64,000 bases of DNA from Minisyncoccota bacterium (GTDB taxonomy: Bacteria > Patescibacteriota > Minisyncoccia > Minisyncoccales > CG1-02-41-26): contig JAQULB010000004.1 in NCBI GenBank assembly GCA_028718785.1, positions 2,525 through 66,524 of the forward strand, written 5' to 3'. Of the stretch, positions 24,779 to 35,415 are shown one piece after another. Each line of letters opens with the position of its first letter. The stretch's first letter is position 1. The notes beneath the pieces are model-generated. The model made no database searches, was not told where the DNA came from, and worked only from the letters and a program-made list of their open reading frames with translations. Made by a program: the position numbers and the translations under genes.

Positions 24779-25390
24779 TTAAGCAATCATTTCTTTTATT
24801 TTCATTCTAACAATTTTTTCGCTTCTTTCTTGCTCGTCAAGCTTTGAGGTGATAAATTTTATTTTTCTTTTTGTTTCAGGAATAATAACATACTCTAAAG
24901 CATTAACGCGCCTTCTGGTTTTTTCAATTTCATAAGATAACAACCGACAAGAATGTTCGTTGCCAGCCAAATCTATCATTAACTCTAAAGCGTCCCAAAA
25001 ACTATTTAAACTTTCCCCCATTCCCAAAGGCGAAGAAAAATCAGAGTAACATTTAACATCTCCTCCAATAAAGCGCTGAAATTTTGGTATCCAAACGCTC
25101 ATTATATTTTGAGTTTTAACATCTATGCTTATTTTTGAGGAAGGCAAAGAAAACATTTCTTCCACCTCCCCAGAAAACATATTTGATGTTGATAAAACAA
25201 ATTTTTTTGAAGCAAAAGAAAGCTTTTCCTCTAAAAGGTTTCTTTGGGACTTTGTTTGCCTGATAATTTCCATAAACTTTTTCATTAAGCCGTCCCGTTT
25301 TTCTTTTAAAAGTTTATAGCCCCTTTGAGCGGTTTTTGCCTGGCGCTTTAATTTTAAAAGCTCCATTCTTGTTGCTTTGATATTTTCCAT
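24779..25390 (-). CDS. atpD: A/V-type ATP synthase subunit D
   Basis: MENIKATRMELLKLKRQAKTAQRGYKLLKEKRD is the canonical subunit D N-terminus. It is the last gene of the operon. Confidence 0.9.
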   Translation of the reverse strand: MENIKATRMELLKLKRQAKTAQRGYKLLKEKRDGLMKKFMEIIRQTKSQRNLLEEKLSFASKKFVLSTSNMFSGEVEEMFSLPSSKISIDVKTQNIMSVWIPKFQRFIGGDVKCYSDFSSPLGMGESLNSFWDALELMIDLAGNEHSCRLLSYEIEKTRRRVNALEYVIIPETKRKIKFITSKLDEQERSEKIVRMKIKEMIA

Positions 25391-25527
25391 GTTAGAAATT
25401 TTTAATTGAACGGCGAATTTATGAGTCGTGAAATTTAAAAGTTCTTACACCCCGTTAAATAATTTTAAATTAGTAAATTTAAAATTAAAATTTGTACTCA
25501 AATTTTATTTAACAGGGTAAATTCGTA

Positions 25528-26940
25528 CTAAACTCGCTCTTCGCCCTTCGGGCTTGAACTCATTAAGTACTTATTTATGTGTTCCTCTTTCAATCTCTTC
25601 ATTTCTTCTTTTGGCAATATGCCAATTAGTTCCCAGCCCAAATCTAATGTTTGCTGGATTGTTCTGTCTTCTGTGTAGTTTTGATTAACAAACTTTTGTT
25701 CAAAATCATCAGCAAACTTTAAGTATTTTTTATCCACATCAGTTAAAGCTGACTCCCCTAAAATTAAAGCTAACTCTCTTACTTCTCTGCCTCGAGCGTA
25801 AAAAGCAAACAATTGGTTTAAAACTCCAGAATGGTCTTCTCTGGTTTTTTTATCGCCAATGCCCTTGTCTTTTAACCGAGATAAAGACGGTAAAACATCA
25901 ATGGGAGGATAAATATTCTTTTTGTGCAAGTCCCGAGAAAGCAAAATTTGCCCCTCGGTGATATACCCAGATAAATCAGGAATTGGGTGGGTGATATCAT
26001 CTTCTGGCATTGTTAAAATGGGAATTTGGGTGATAGAACCCTTTTTATTTTTTATTCTGCCCGCTCTTTCATAAATAGTGGCCAAGTCAGTATATAAGTA
26101 TCCCGGATATCCCCTTCTTCCCGGCACTTCTTTTCGGGCTGCTGACACTTCTCTTAAGGCCTCGCAGTAATTTGTCATATCAGTTAAAACCACCAAAACC
26201 TGCATATCTTTTTCAAAAGCCAAAAACTCAGCGGCTGTTAAAGCGATCCTGGGCAGTGTAATTCTTTCCACCACTGGATCGCTAGCTAGGTTAATAAACA
26301 CCACCGCTTTTTCTAATGCCCCTGTTTTTTTAAACTCATCAATAAAAAATTGGGCTTCTTCAAAAGTAATTCCCATGGCTCCAAAAACCACAGAAAATTT
26401 TTCAACTTCCCCTTTTTCGTTTTTTGTTAAAACCTTGGCTTGCCTGGCAATTTGAGAAGCCACCATAGCATGAGGAAGTCCAGCCGCTGAAAATATTGGC
26501 AGTTTTTGTCCTCTTACTAAAGTATTTAAACCATCAATAGTGGAAATGCCTGTTTGAATAAAATCATTGGGATATTCTCTTGAATAGGGGTTGATTGGAG
26601 AGCCGTTAACATCTAAATATTTTTCAGCTATAATTTCTGGCCCGCCATCTTTTGGTTTGCCGGCGCCATCAAAAATTCGCCCAACCATATCGCTTGACAC
26701 CCCAAGCTTCATTGTTTTAGCTAAAAATTTGGCTTTTGAGCCCTTTAAATTTAATCCTCTAATATCTTCAAACACCTGAATAATAGCTGTGGTTTCGTTT
26801 GCTTCTAAAACCCGGCCTCTTTTTATTTGACCATCCTGCATTTCAATTTCCACCATTTCCTCATACTTTATATTTTCCACTCCACCAACCACCACCAATG
26901 GCCCAGCTGCCTCTGTAATTGTTTTGTATGTCTTTAACAT
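25528..26940 (-). CDS. atpB: A/V-type ATP synthase subunit B
   Basis: 470 aa, the non-catalytic B-type sequence ([29 protein letters not shown]). Confidence 0.95.
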   Translation of the reverse strand: MLKTYKTITEAAGPLVVVGGVENIKYEEMVEIEMQDGQIKRGRVLEANETTAIIQVFEDIRGLNLKGSKAKFLAKTMKLGVSSDMVGRIFDGAGKPKDGGPEIIAEKYLDVNGSPINPYSREYPNDFIQTGISTIDGLNTLVRGQKLPIFSAAGLPHAMVASQIARQAKVLTKNEKGEVEKFSVVFGAMGITFEEAQFFIDEFKKTGALEKAVVFINLASDPVVERITLPRIALTAAEFLAFEKDMQVLVVLTDMTNYCEALREVSAARKEVPGRRGYPGYLYTDLATIYERAGRIKNKKGSITQIPILTMPEDDITHPIPDLSGYITEGQILLSRDLHKKNIYPPIDVLPSLSRLKDKGIGDKKTREDHSGVLNQLFAFYARGREVRELALILGESALTDVDKKYLKFADDFEQKFVNQNYTEDRTIQQTLDLGWELIGILPKEEMKRLKEEHINKYLMSSSPKGEERV

Positions 26941-26949
26941 ATATTTTAT

Positions 26950-28704
26950 TTAAACAATTTGTTCTATTTCTTTATTAAGCAAAACAAATTGCTCTATTTC
27001 TTCTTCTTTAATAAGCTTCATTCTTGAGACCTTTTCCTTTAAACTATTTGTTAAAATATCTTTGGCTAATTTTCCCTGACTGATAGCTTGTTCTCCTTTA
27101 ATAAAAATATCAACAATTGTTTTCACCATTAAGTATTGCTTTTTTAAAGAAGTAAAAGAATCCACATCAGTAAAAGCGTTTTGATGTAAAAAGTCCTCCC
27201 TGATAATGCGAGCAATTTCAAGTAAAAACTGGTCTTTTTGAGACAAGGCCTCAATGCCAACCAACCGAACAATTTCTTGAAGCTCGGCTTCTTTTTGCAA
27301 AATAGCCATTGCTTTTTTTCTAAATTCAGTAAAGTTTTCTCCGCCTTGCTTGTCAAAAAATTCTTTTAAATTGTCTTCGTATAAAGAATAGCTGTTGAGC
27401 CAATTAATAGCTGGAAAATGTCGTTTATAAGCTAACGAGGCATCTAAGGCCCAAAAGACCTTTGTAACCCTTAAAGTATTTTGGGTTACTGGCTCTGATA
27501 AATCCCCACCCGGAGGAGAAACCGCTCCCACAACTGTTAAAAACCCCTCTCTTTTGTCTTGCCCCAAACATTGCGTGTAGCCAGCTCTTTCATAAAAGGC
27601 CGCTGTTCGAGAGCCAAGATATGCTGGGTAGCCCTCGTCCCCGGGCATTTCTTCCAATCTTCCGGAAATTTCTCTTAACGCCTCTGCCCACCTTGAAGTG
27701 GAATCAGCTAATAAAACCACCGAGTATCCCATATCGCGAAAATATTCAGCAATGGTTATGCCTGTGTAAACCGATGCCTCTCGAGCAGCCACAGGCATAT
27801 TTGAAGTATTGGCCACCAAAACTGTTCTTTCCATTAAGGGTCGGCCGGTTTTGGGGTCGTTTAATTCAGGAAACTCCATTAACAAATCAGTCATTTCGTT
27901 TCCCCTTTCTCCACAGCCCACAAAAATAATTACATCAGCATCAGACCATTTTGCCAATTGGTGCTGAACAACTGTTTTCCCGCTGCCAAACGGCCCTGGC
28001 ACACAGCCCGCCCCGCCTTTGGCAATTGGAAAAAACATATCAATAACCCTTTGTCCTGTTATCAACCCCAAAGATGGGGTTAATTTTTTGGCAATTGGTC
28101 TGGCGTTTCTAATGGGCCATTTATGACTCAAGCATACCTCTATTTTTTTGCCATTTTCATCTTTTATTTCAGCAATTACTTCAGAAACAGTATAGTCCCC
28201 TTTTGGAGCAATTGAAGTTATGGTTCCTTTGTTAAAAACAGGAGGAGCCATAATTTTATGAGTTAAAAGTTCGGTTTCTTTTACCTCGCCCAAAATATCT
28301 CCGGCTTCAATCTCGTCGCCTTGTTTTTTAAGGGGAGTAAGGGTCCATTTTTTGTTTGCGTCTAACGCCAAACACTCAATTCCCCGAGCAATAAACTCGC
28401 CTGATTTTTTGGCTAAATCTTTTAGAGGTCTTTGAATGCCATCGTAAATATTGGAAATTAACCCAGGACCCAATTCAACAGTTAAGGGATTTCCTGTTAA
28501 ATAAACTGGCTCTCCCGGGCCAATGCCTGATGTTTCTTCATATACCTGAATATAAACATCGTTGTTTTTTATCCTAATTACTTCTCCAATGATTTTTTCA
28601 TTGCCCACTTTTACCACCTCATACATTTGAGCTTCAGAGAGTCCGTTGGCCACCACTAAGGGGCCAGCCACCTTAATAATTTTTCCTGTTTTTTCTTCTG
28701 CCAT
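26950..28704 (-). CDS. atpA: A/V-type ATP synthase catalytic subunit A
   Basis: 584 aa with Walker A GPFGSGKTV and GERGNEM. It includes the non-homologous insert typical of A subunits. Confidence 0.95.
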   Translation of the reverse strand: MAEEKTGKIIKVAGPLVVANGLSEAQMYEVVKVGNEKIIGEVIRIKNNDVYIQVYEETSGIGPGEPVYLTGNPLTVELGPGLISNIYDGIQRPLKDLAKKSGEFIARGIECLALDANKKWTLTPLKKQGDEIEAGDILGEVKETELLTHKIMAPPVFNKGTITSIAPKGDYTVSEVIAEIKDENGKKIEVCLSHKWPIRNARPIAKKLTPSLGLITGQRVIDMFFPIAKGGAGCVPGPFGSGKTVVQHQLAKWSDADVIIFVGCGERGNEMTDLLMEFPELNDPKTGRPLMERTVLVANTSNMPVAAREASVYTGITIAEYFRDMGYSVVLLADSTSRWAEALREISGRLEEMPGDEGYPAYLGSRTAAFYERAGYTQCLGQDKREGFLTVVGAVSPPGGDLSEPVTQNTLRVTKVFWALDASLAYKRHFPAINWLNSYSLYEDNLKEFFDKQGGENFTEFRKKAMAILQKEAELQEIVRLVGIEALSQKDQFLLEIARIIREDFLHQNAFTDVDSFTSLKKQYLMVKTIVDIFIKGEQAISQGKLAKDILTNSLKEKVSRMKLIKEEEIEQFVLLNKEIEQIV

Positions 28705-28716
28705 ATATTTAATAAA

Positions 28717-29028
28717 TTAATTTATAAAGCTTTCGCTTCCCAACGCCCTTTCTAATATTTTTTTTAGCCCCTCTTTGGCTTTTCCAGAGTCCTTATTAAT
28801 CCCTGGAATAACCAAACAAGCTGGCAAAGTTTCTTGAAAAAGATTGCTAATTTCTTTGTCAAAATTTTGGGCAATATCTTCGTTGATTAATAAAATAGCT
28901 AAGTCCTTTTCTTTAATCGCTTTTATTTGCAAAAGCAATTCTTCTTTATTGGAAACACCAAAAGTTTCAACGCCCAAAGCGCCAAAAGCCAAAACTGATT
29001 TGTTATCTCCTAATATTCCAATTTTCAT
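28717..29028 (-). CDS. atpF: A/V-type ATP synthase subunit F
   Basis: 103 aa starting MKIGILGD...GF.ALG, in the operon position between C and A. Confidence 0.8.
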   Translation of the reverse strand: MKIGILGDNKSVLAFGALGVETFGVSNKEELLLQIKAIKEKDLAILLINEDIAQNFDKEISNLFQETLPACLVIPGINKDSGKAKEGLKKILERALGSESFIN

Positions 29029-29036
29029 AAGTAAAT

Positions 29037-30041
29037 TTAAGCAATAGGCAATAGCGCTCCCTCAATATCTTGCACAGACAGCCCATTCTCTTTAGCAAAT
29101 AAAATCAATCTTATGTTAGCGTAACTGTTCATTTTCTTTTGAAAAAAAGCCAAAACTTTTTCAATACCACTCCCCCTTTCTTTTTCTTTTTGAAAAACTT
29201 TTTTAGCAATATACCCATCGAGTTTTCTTTCAAGTAAAATATCAACAGCTCCCCCCTCCGTTCCTTCAAGTAAAAAACCAAGTTCTAATGTTTCTAAAAA
29301 CCTTTTTAAATTAGCGCTTGATTCCTCTTCCTTGCCAATCGACAGTCCTTTAATTTGAGAAATGGTCAAATTTCCTCCCTCTAAAAAATCTTGATTGTTA
29401 TTGCCTAAAAGATTTCTTAAATTAGCTAAATCCATTTCCAAACGAGTCATCTCCCCTAAAGATTTTTCTCTTTTTGCTAAAATTGTTTTTATCTTAAAGT
29501 AAGCTGTGTCAACCGATTTTTCAATAATTTGAGATCCAATATCTTGACCATCTTTTTTATATCTGCTTATAGTTTTTACCGCCTCCAAAATTAATTGTTC
29601 AACATAAATGTTAGAAAGTTTTTCTGTGACGCCATCGCGATTATTTCCTTCAAGAAGAATTTTTAAAAAAGATTCCTCTTTAGCGTATGGTTGAAGAGAA
29701 CACTCAAAGGGCCTAAATTTTTTTATTTCTTGCTTAAAAAAATATCTTTTAAGCATATCTTTTATATTTAAAGCGTCAAACTTTAAAAACAAAAAGCTTG
29801 CCAATAATTCATTATCATCTAAAACTTTAGTTAGTTTAGATTTTAAAGCAACAAGGTCTTGTAAAATAACATCCTCAATATTTTTTTGAGAATCTGTGAC
29901 AATAATCTCGCTAAAATCTGTGTCAAACAAAACCATAAAAGCGCTTGCTTTGTCTGGGGACTTAAGCATTCTTTCTTGGTCAAGGTTGCTTAAAACCTTT
30001 TTTTCCCAAACATTTATAACCCCTGTGGCAAATTCATACAT
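29037..30041 (-). CDS. atpC: A/V-type ATP synthase subunit C (d-type)
   Basis: 334 aa, helical, in the operon position between E and F. Confidence 0.75.
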   Translation of the reverse strand: MYEFATGVINVWEKKVLSNLDQERMLKSPDKASAFMVLFDTDFSEIIVTDSQKNIEDVILQDLVALKSKLTKVLDDNELLASFLFLKFDALNIKDMLKRYFFKQEIKKFRPFECSLQPYAKEESFLKILLEGNNRDGVTEKLSNIYVEQLILEAVKTISRYKKDGQDIGSQIIEKSVDTAYFKIKTILAKREKSLGEMTRLEMDLANLRNLLGNNNQDFLEGGNLTISQIKGLSIGKEEESSANLKRFLETLELGFLLEGTEGGAVDILLERKLDGYIAKKVFQKEKERGSGIEKVLAFFQKKMNSYANIRLILFAKENGLSVQDIEGALLPIA

Positions 30042-30046
30042 ATTCT

Positions 30047-30604
30047 TTACGCAAAAAGCATTTTAATTAATTCTGGGTTGGCTGTTTCTTGTAATTGAAA
30101 AATAAGCTGAGAAATTCTCAAATCTATTTCAATGTCATGAGACACAAACATAAAGCCCTCTTCTTTCAAGGCGTTTTCCACTTTTACTTCCTTATCCACA
30201 ATTCCTTCCAACGCTTTGGCTGTTCTTTCACCTGCCTTAATATGCCCCTTCTTGTCTTTGGGCAAAAACAAAGCCATATGCTTTATCAATTTTTTAAACT
30301 CTGCGTCATTAAGAGAAGAAACTTTTTCTTGGGCTTTGCGATAAATATCTTTAATAAGCTTATTTTTTTCTTCCTGCATCTTAAAGTTTAACTCTGTTTG
30401 CAGATTTTTTTCAAATTCCTCAATTTCTTTAGCTGCTTTCCTTAAAGCCATTTCTTTTTGTTCCTCCTGCTTTTTACCAACAGCCAAATTGTATTCTTTT
30501 TCCAAAACCAAAACATCTTCTTTGTTCTTTTTAAGAATTTCTTGAATTTGGCTTTCGGCCTTTTCTTCAATTGATTTTAAAATATCATTAACCATATTAA
30601 ACAC
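30047..30604 (-). CDS. atpE: A/V-type ATP synthase subunit E
   Basis: 185 aa with a long N-terminal charged coiled-coil and a globular C-terminus. It sits after K in the operon. Confidence 0.8.
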   Translation of the reverse strand: MFNMVNDILKSIEEKAESQIQEILKKNKEDVLVLEKEYNLAVGKKQEEQKEMALRKAAKEIEEFEKNLQTELNFKMQEEKNKLIKDIYRKAQEKVSSLNDAEFKKLIKHMALFLPKDKKGHIKAGERTAKALEGIVDKEVKVENALKEEGFMFVSHDIEIDLRISQLIFQLQETANPELIKMLFA

Positions 30605-31067
30605 TTATGCCTTGTATTAACAAAATAGTAGCCAATAAACCCAAAACAGCGTAAGTTTCCACCATAGCAGCCATAATAACGCCTTTTCCAGCGTCTTGTG
30701 GTTGTTTAACTAAAATATTCATTCCAGAAACCGAAACCTTTGCCTGATACAAAGCTGAAATAATTCCATTAACAGCAACTGGCAAACAAGCCGCAAAAAT
30801 CATTAATCCAGTTTGCCAAGAAATATCTGGCATATTGCCGCTTAAAAGCCCAAGCTTGATAATAACCCAAAAAGTTCCAATAAACCCATAAATACCCTGA
30901 GTTGATGGCAATGCTTGAAGCAATAAGACCTTTCCAAATTTTTCTGGCTCTTCTGAAACCACCCCCGAACCAGCTTGTCCAGCTCGGCCCACTCCAATAA
31001 TTGAACCGATGCCAGCTACCGTAACGCACATGGCCGCTCCCGCTATCGCTAAAAATAAACCGATCAT
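30597..31067 (-). CDS. atpK: A/V-type ATP synthase proteolipid subunit K
   Basis: 156 aa, a duplicated hairpin c-subunit (four TM helices, Gly-rich GxGxGxG). Confidence 0.9.
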   Translation of the reverse strand: MIGLFLAIAGAAMCVTVAGIGSIIGVGRAGQAGSGVVSEEPEKFGKVLLLQALPSTQGIYGFIGTFWVIIKLGLLSGNMPDISWQTGLMIFAACLPVAVNGIISALYQAKVSVSGMNILVKQPQDAGKGVIMAAMVETYAVLGLLATILLIQGISV

Positions 31068-31156
31068 ACGATAAATAATTTTTAATTTTTAATTTTTAAT
31101 TTTTAAAACGCTAAAAAATTGAAAACTAAAATAATTAAAAATTTAATAAATTAACT

Positions 31157-33079
31157 TTATTGAATTCGACTATATTTTAATTCTGCTTTAATGGGATTAA
31201 ATCTTTTGCCTCCTCCTTCTAAAAATTTGGGGAAGAACTCCACAAATTGCAATCTTCCCGAATGAATAAAAGCCCCCAAAGCGTTAATCCCCAAATTAAA
31301 TATGTGCCCGCCAATTAAAACCAAACCAGTTAAAATCCATCCCACATAAGGCACCATTCCTCCCAACAAAAAAGCTATTTGATTAACGATTAAAGCTATA
31401 ACAGCTGTGGACAAGCCCAAAGCCACCAACCTGGAATAAGACAAAACATCAGACATTGTGCCAATAATTCCCTGCAAAATTTTTATAGACCCAACCAAGG
31501 GCTTTAAAAATATTTTCTGGCCAAACGACTCCCCTATCAACAGAAATCCAACAGATAAAACCAAGAATACAGTGGCTATAGTTTGCGCTTGAGGAACCTT
31601 TACTTTAGACAGAGCAAAAATAATTAAAGCAATGTAAAATATCAGCCAAGCCAAACCGTTAATAAACATTTCTTTGTTTTTTCCTCTTTTTCCAGTAATC
31701 ATTTTAATAATCTGAGCAAAAGCTACTTGTAAATATCCAATACCAAAAGACAAACCCATAAACAAAATAGTATCCTCTATGGGGTCAATCATTTTCAATC
31801 TATACAAAAACGGAAATTTTTGCAAAGTTTGAGTGGTTGAGCCAAAGTAGCTTCCAAATAAAATTCCCATTATTAAAGTGGAAATTCCTCCATAAAACAA
31901 TAATTGCATAAGCTTGGTGTCGCCAAGTTTATTTTTTAAAAATAACAAAGGTGGCAAGGTGAACACAACCAGCAAAATTCCATACCCAGCGTCAGTTAAA
32001 CAAACCCCGAAAAATATTATAAAAAACAAAGCCAAATAAGGAGTGGGATCTACTTCCCCGGGTTTGGGCATTCCAAAAATTTCAGTAACATATTGGAACG
32101 GCCTAACTAATTTGTGGTTTTCTAAAACAACTCTTGGCTCTTCGCCTTTTCCTGAAGCAACCTCTATTAGGTTAAAGTCCTTAGCAAAAGAGGAAACTTT
32201 CTCTTTTAGATCCTTAACTTCTTTTTCATATCCCCAAAAAACAACATAGTCCAAAATTCCCTTAAAAAGTGTTTTGTTTTTTATTTCCCAATTTATTTTT
32301 TCAATTTCCAAAATATCCCTGTAAATTTTAAATTTCTCAATATCTTTTGCCATTAAAGAAAGCTCTTGACGCAACGCCTTTTCAACTTCTACATTTTCTT
32401 CTACTTTTGCTTGGATATTAACTCTTTCTTGGATTGGGCTTTGCTCAAAGTTATAAGCAATTACTTCGCCCTTTAAAGATTTAAGTCCAAATAAAACTTT
32501 TTCTTTGTTTTCTTTTAACCCAGCGATTAAATAAGTTTCTTTTGCTTGAAGGGTTGCCAATTGTTTTTGAAACAACTTATTTTCTTTTCCAAAAGCGATA
32601 AACTTTTCTTTTTGAGTTTTATAAATAGCCCCTACCAAAAAGAAGGTTGTTTGGGTGTCTTGGGGCTTAAACGACAAGGCATTGAATTTTTCCAATTCAA
32701 TAAGCTTGCTTTGAGCGTCTTTTCCTTCTTTTTTAAGAATGTCAAATTTTTTCTCTATTTTTTCTATTCTTTTGGCTTGCTGAAATATTCTTTCTTGCTC
32801 ACCACCCTCTCTAAAATCGCCACCAATCAAGGCCTTGGAACTTTTGAGTTTTGCTATAAAAGAAAGTTTTTTTGTAAAAGGCGCCAAAAAACCAATGGCA
32901 AAATCCATGGTGGCCAATTTATAACCCGCATTTTGAAGATTTTTTAAAACCTCCTCTTCTTTGGCTTCTTGTTTATTTTCAATTACTTCAAAGGCCCCAG
33001 AATTTGCGATAAAAGCGGATATCTTGTTTCGGCTTTCTTTGGGGAAAGCCAAAATGTATTTTTTAGCTACTTTGAGCAT
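31157..33079 (-). CDS. atpI: A/V-type ATP synthase subunit I (a-type)
   Basis: 640 aa with a soluble N-terminal half and a polytopic C-terminal half containing SYSRLVALGL (conserved Arg). Confidence 0.9.
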   Translation of the reverse strand: MLKVAKKYILAFPKESRNKISAFIANSGAFEVIENKQEAKEEEVLKNLQNAGYKLATMDFAIGFLAPFTKKLSFIAKLKSSKALIGGDFREGGEQERIFQQAKRIEKIEKKFDILKKEGKDAQSKLIELEKFNALSFKPQDTQTTFFLVGAIYKTQKEKFIAFGKENKLFQKQLATLQAKETYLIAGLKENKEKVLFGLKSLKGEVIAYNFEQSPIQERVNIQAKVEENVEVEKALRQELSLMAKDIEKFKIYRDILEIEKINWEIKNKTLFKGILDYVVFWGYEKEVKDLKEKVSSFAKDFNLIEVASGKGEEPRVVLENHKLVRPFQYVTEIFGMPKPGEVDPTPYLALFFIIFFGVCLTDAGYGILLVVFTLPPLLFLKNKLGDTKLMQLLFYGGISTLIMGILFGSYFGSTTQTLQKFPFLYRLKMIDPIEDTILFMGLSFGIGYLQVAFAQIIKMITGKRGKNKEMFINGLAWLIFYIALIIFALSKVKVPQAQTIATVFLVLSVGFLLIGESFGQKIFLKPLVGSIKILQGIIGTMSDVLSYSRLVALGLSTAVIALIVNQIAFLLGGMVPYVGWILTGLVLIGGHIFNLGINALGAFIHSGRLQFVEFFPKFLEGGGKRFNPIKAELKYSRIQ

Positions 33080-33375
33080 AAAGTTTTCTCCACTAAATAT
33101 TCAACTGCCTTACTGGTGTTGCTTTTTTTAATATCTTCTAATTTATCAAGGGCTTTTTGGGTTTTTTCTTGAAAGGACTGCCTAATAATTTCTATCTTTT
33201 TTTCTTTAGCAGACCTAATTTGCGCTTCTTGAGCAGAATCCAAGCAAACCCTTGCTAACTTTTCTGCTAATTGATTTTTTTTATCTTGCAAAATTAAATC
33301 CGCATTTCTTTGGGCTGTTTCAATTTTCTCTTTTACTTCTTGCTCTTTTTGTAAAACTATGGAAAGTTCGTTCAT
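33067..33375 (-). CDS. atpH: A/V-type ATP synthase subunit H/G-like (peripheral stalk)
   Basis: 102-aa all-coiled-coil protein, the first gene of the operon. It overlaps the subunit I start. Confidence 0.6.
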   Translation of the reverse strand: MNELSIVLQKEQEVKEKIETAQRNADLILQDKKNQLAEKLARVCLDSAQEAQIRSAKEKKIEIIRQSFQEKTQKALDKLEDIKKSNTSKAVEYLVEKTLCSK

Positions 33376-33411
33376 AATTTAGGTTTAAGTTTTGGTTTAA
33401 TTTTAAAAATT

Positions 33412-33449
33412 TAAAAACCGCAGTCAAATAGCTGCGGGTTTGCTTTTTA
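33412..33449. terminator. Bidirectional intrinsic terminator between the P-type ATPase gene and the ATPase operon
   Basis: AAAAACCGCAG-tcaaatag-CTGCGGGTTTGCTTTTT. Confidence 0.6.
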
Positions 33450-33514
33450 TAAAAAGCATAGTAAACCGCTCGCCTTAATCTTAATTAAGTTAAAGATTTT
33501 CTTATGATATTTTT

Positions 33515-35410
33515 TTATGGTTGATAAGTCAAGGGTATGGGTCTTGACTTTTTTAAAAAACTTATTCTAAAAACATTAAAAATGGGTAAAAAATCAGTTA
33601 AAAAATTGTATAAAGCAGCTGTCATTGGATTTAAAATCCCTACAAAAACTAAAAACAAGCCAATGGCATTTAATACGCCCCAAAGCCAAAAATTGTGCTT
33701 TATAATTTTAACTGCCTGCTGGCTAAAATCAATAATTTGAGGCACCTTTTTTAAATCATCTTTCATTAAGGCAACGTCTGAGGCCTCAATGGAAGCGTCG
33801 CTTCCTCCCTTGCCCATAGCAATACTAACATCAGCTAAAGCCAAAGCAGCCGCGTCATTAACCCCATCCCCCATCATTGCTAAAATCCCTTTGTTTTGTT
33901 TTTTAAAATTTTCAATAAACGCCACTTTGTCTTGGGGTTTTAAGCAGGCCTTAAAATTATCAAAGCCCACTTCTTTCACCACCCTTAAAGCCACCTTTTC
34001 GTTATCGCCAGTGAGCATACACCAAGAAACCACTCCCAATTCCCTGGTTTTTGCCAAAATCTCTCTCGCGTTTGGCCTTAAAGCGTCCTCAAAAGCTAAA
34101 AATCCAACCACCTTTCCATTACACCCGTAAGCTGTAATGCCAAAGCCCATTTGCTTGCTTTTATTAAATATTATTAATTGTTCGTTTGTGGAGGTGAAAC
34201 CGCTTTGCTTTAAAAAATCCCAATTCCCAGCAATTATGTTATCTTTATTTTTTTTAATCACAATCCCCTCGCCCGGTTTTTCTAAAAATTCATCTGGGAG
34301 CTCAATTTTAATATTTCTTCCTTGTAAATATTTTATGGCCGCCTGACTAATTGGATGATGTGAATTAATGCTGGCTATTCCCACAATTCTTAAAAAACTT
34401 TTTTCATCAGTATTGTCAAAAAAATTTACTTGGCTTATTTTTGGTTTGCCATAAGTTAAGGTGCCGGTTTTATCAGTCATAAAATATTTTATTTTAGCCA
34501 AATTTTCTATTACTCCCCCACCCTTCACCAAAACCCCCATTTTAGCAGCTTTAGCAATAGCTAATGTAAACCCCAAGGGCACAGCCACCGCAATATCATC
34601 AGCGCAAGTAACCAATAACACCGATAAAACTAAATTTACATTTTTAAAAAACAAAAATAGCAAAATACCTCCCACCATAGTGGCTATTATATACCAGGTA
34701 GTAAATTTATCAGACATTCTTTCGCTTTGACTTTTTTTGCCGGTTGCTTCTGTGATTAAGGCGATTATTTTTTCCACTGTGCTATCTTTGCCGATTTTTT
34801 CAGCTTTTACCAATAAAGAACCGCTTTCATTTATTGTGGAACTTAAAACCTGTTCGCCTTGCCTTTTTACAATTAACTCGCTTTCACCTGTAATTGTTGC
34901 TTCATTAACAGAGGCTTGCCCAGAAACCACCACCCCATCAATTGGAATCACATCGCCCGACTCAACAACCACCAAATCCCCCACTACTAATTGTTCAGCT
35001 GGTATTTCAATTGTTTGTTCATTTCTTTGCGCCTTAACTTTTTGAGGCCGATATTTTAATAAATGTTCTAAAATATGTTGAGCTTTTCTATCAGTCCATA
35101 AAGCAAATATACGAGCAAAAGCCAACATTAAACTAATAAAAGCTGCTGAATGCCATTCTCTTGCCACAAAAGCAAAAATTAAAGCAATGCTGGCTAATAA
35201 ATCAATAGTGAGCTTTTTTTTAATCAAAGCCACAATAGCGCTTTTTAAAACTGGCAAGAGCCCAATTACTGAAAAAACAATAAAGATTTTCTGGCTAAAC
35301 TCCCAACCCAAAAAATGCAACATTAAAGCCACTCCAATAATTGAAGCTAAAAAAATGTTGAACCACAACCGAAACGAAAAATCATTAATTTTCTCTAAAA
35401 CTTTTTTCAT
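33515..35410 (-). CDS. P-type cation-transporting ATPase (P1B-like, no N-terminal metal-binding domain)
   Basis: Motifs DKTGTLT, TGES and GDGVNDAAAL are present. TM6 reads VTCADDIAV instead of a CPC-type motif. Confidence 0.9.
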   Translation of the reverse strand: MKKVLEKINDFSFRLWFNIFLASIIGVALMLHFLGWEFSQKIFIVFSVIGLLPVLKSAIVALIKKKLTIDLLASIALIFAFVAREWHSAAFISLMLAFARIFALWTDRKAQHILEHLLKYRPQKVKAQRNEQTIEIPAEQLVVGDLVVVESGDVIPIDGVVVSGQASVNEATITGESELIVKRQGEQVLSSTINESGSLLVKAEKIGKDSTVEKIIALITEATGKKSQSERMSDKFTTWYIIATMVGGILLFLFFKNVNLVLSVLLVTCADDIAVAVPLGFTLAIAKAAKMGVLVKGGGVIENLAKIKYFMTDKTGTLTYGKPKISQVNFFDNTDEKSFLRIVGIASINSHHPISQAAIKYLQGRNIKIELPDEFLEKPGEGIVIKKNKDNIIAGNWDFLKQSGFTSTNEQLIIFNKSKQMGFGITAYGCNGKVVGFLAFEDALRPNAREILAKTRELGVVSWCMLTGDNEKVALRVVKEVGFDNFKACLKPQDKVAFIENFKKQNKGILAMMGDGVNDAAALALADVSIAMGKGGSDASIEASDVALMKDDLKKVPQIIDFSQQAVKIIKHNFWLWGVLNAIGLFLVFVGILNPMTAALYNFLTDFLPIFNVFRISFLKKSRPIPLTYQP

Positions 35411-35415
35411 ATTTC

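Noticed and set aside
24395-24847. Two overlapping ORFs (86 aa on the minus strand, 94 aa on the plus strand) in the helicase/ATPase intergenic gap.
   Set aside because: Their sequences are low-complexity and Phe/Lys-rich. They have no ribosome-binding sites and run through hairpins and a terminator, so I treated them as non-coding.
31075-31150. Periodic AT-only repeats (aatttttaatttttaatttttaa) here, at 50730-50850, and in the palindromic AT-rich spacers at 49350-49420 and 57702-57822. I considered these as a possible CRISPR or tandem-repeat array.
   Set aside because: They are low-complexity and short-period, with no unique spacers. They look like ordinary AT-rich intergenic filler or imperfect hairpins.
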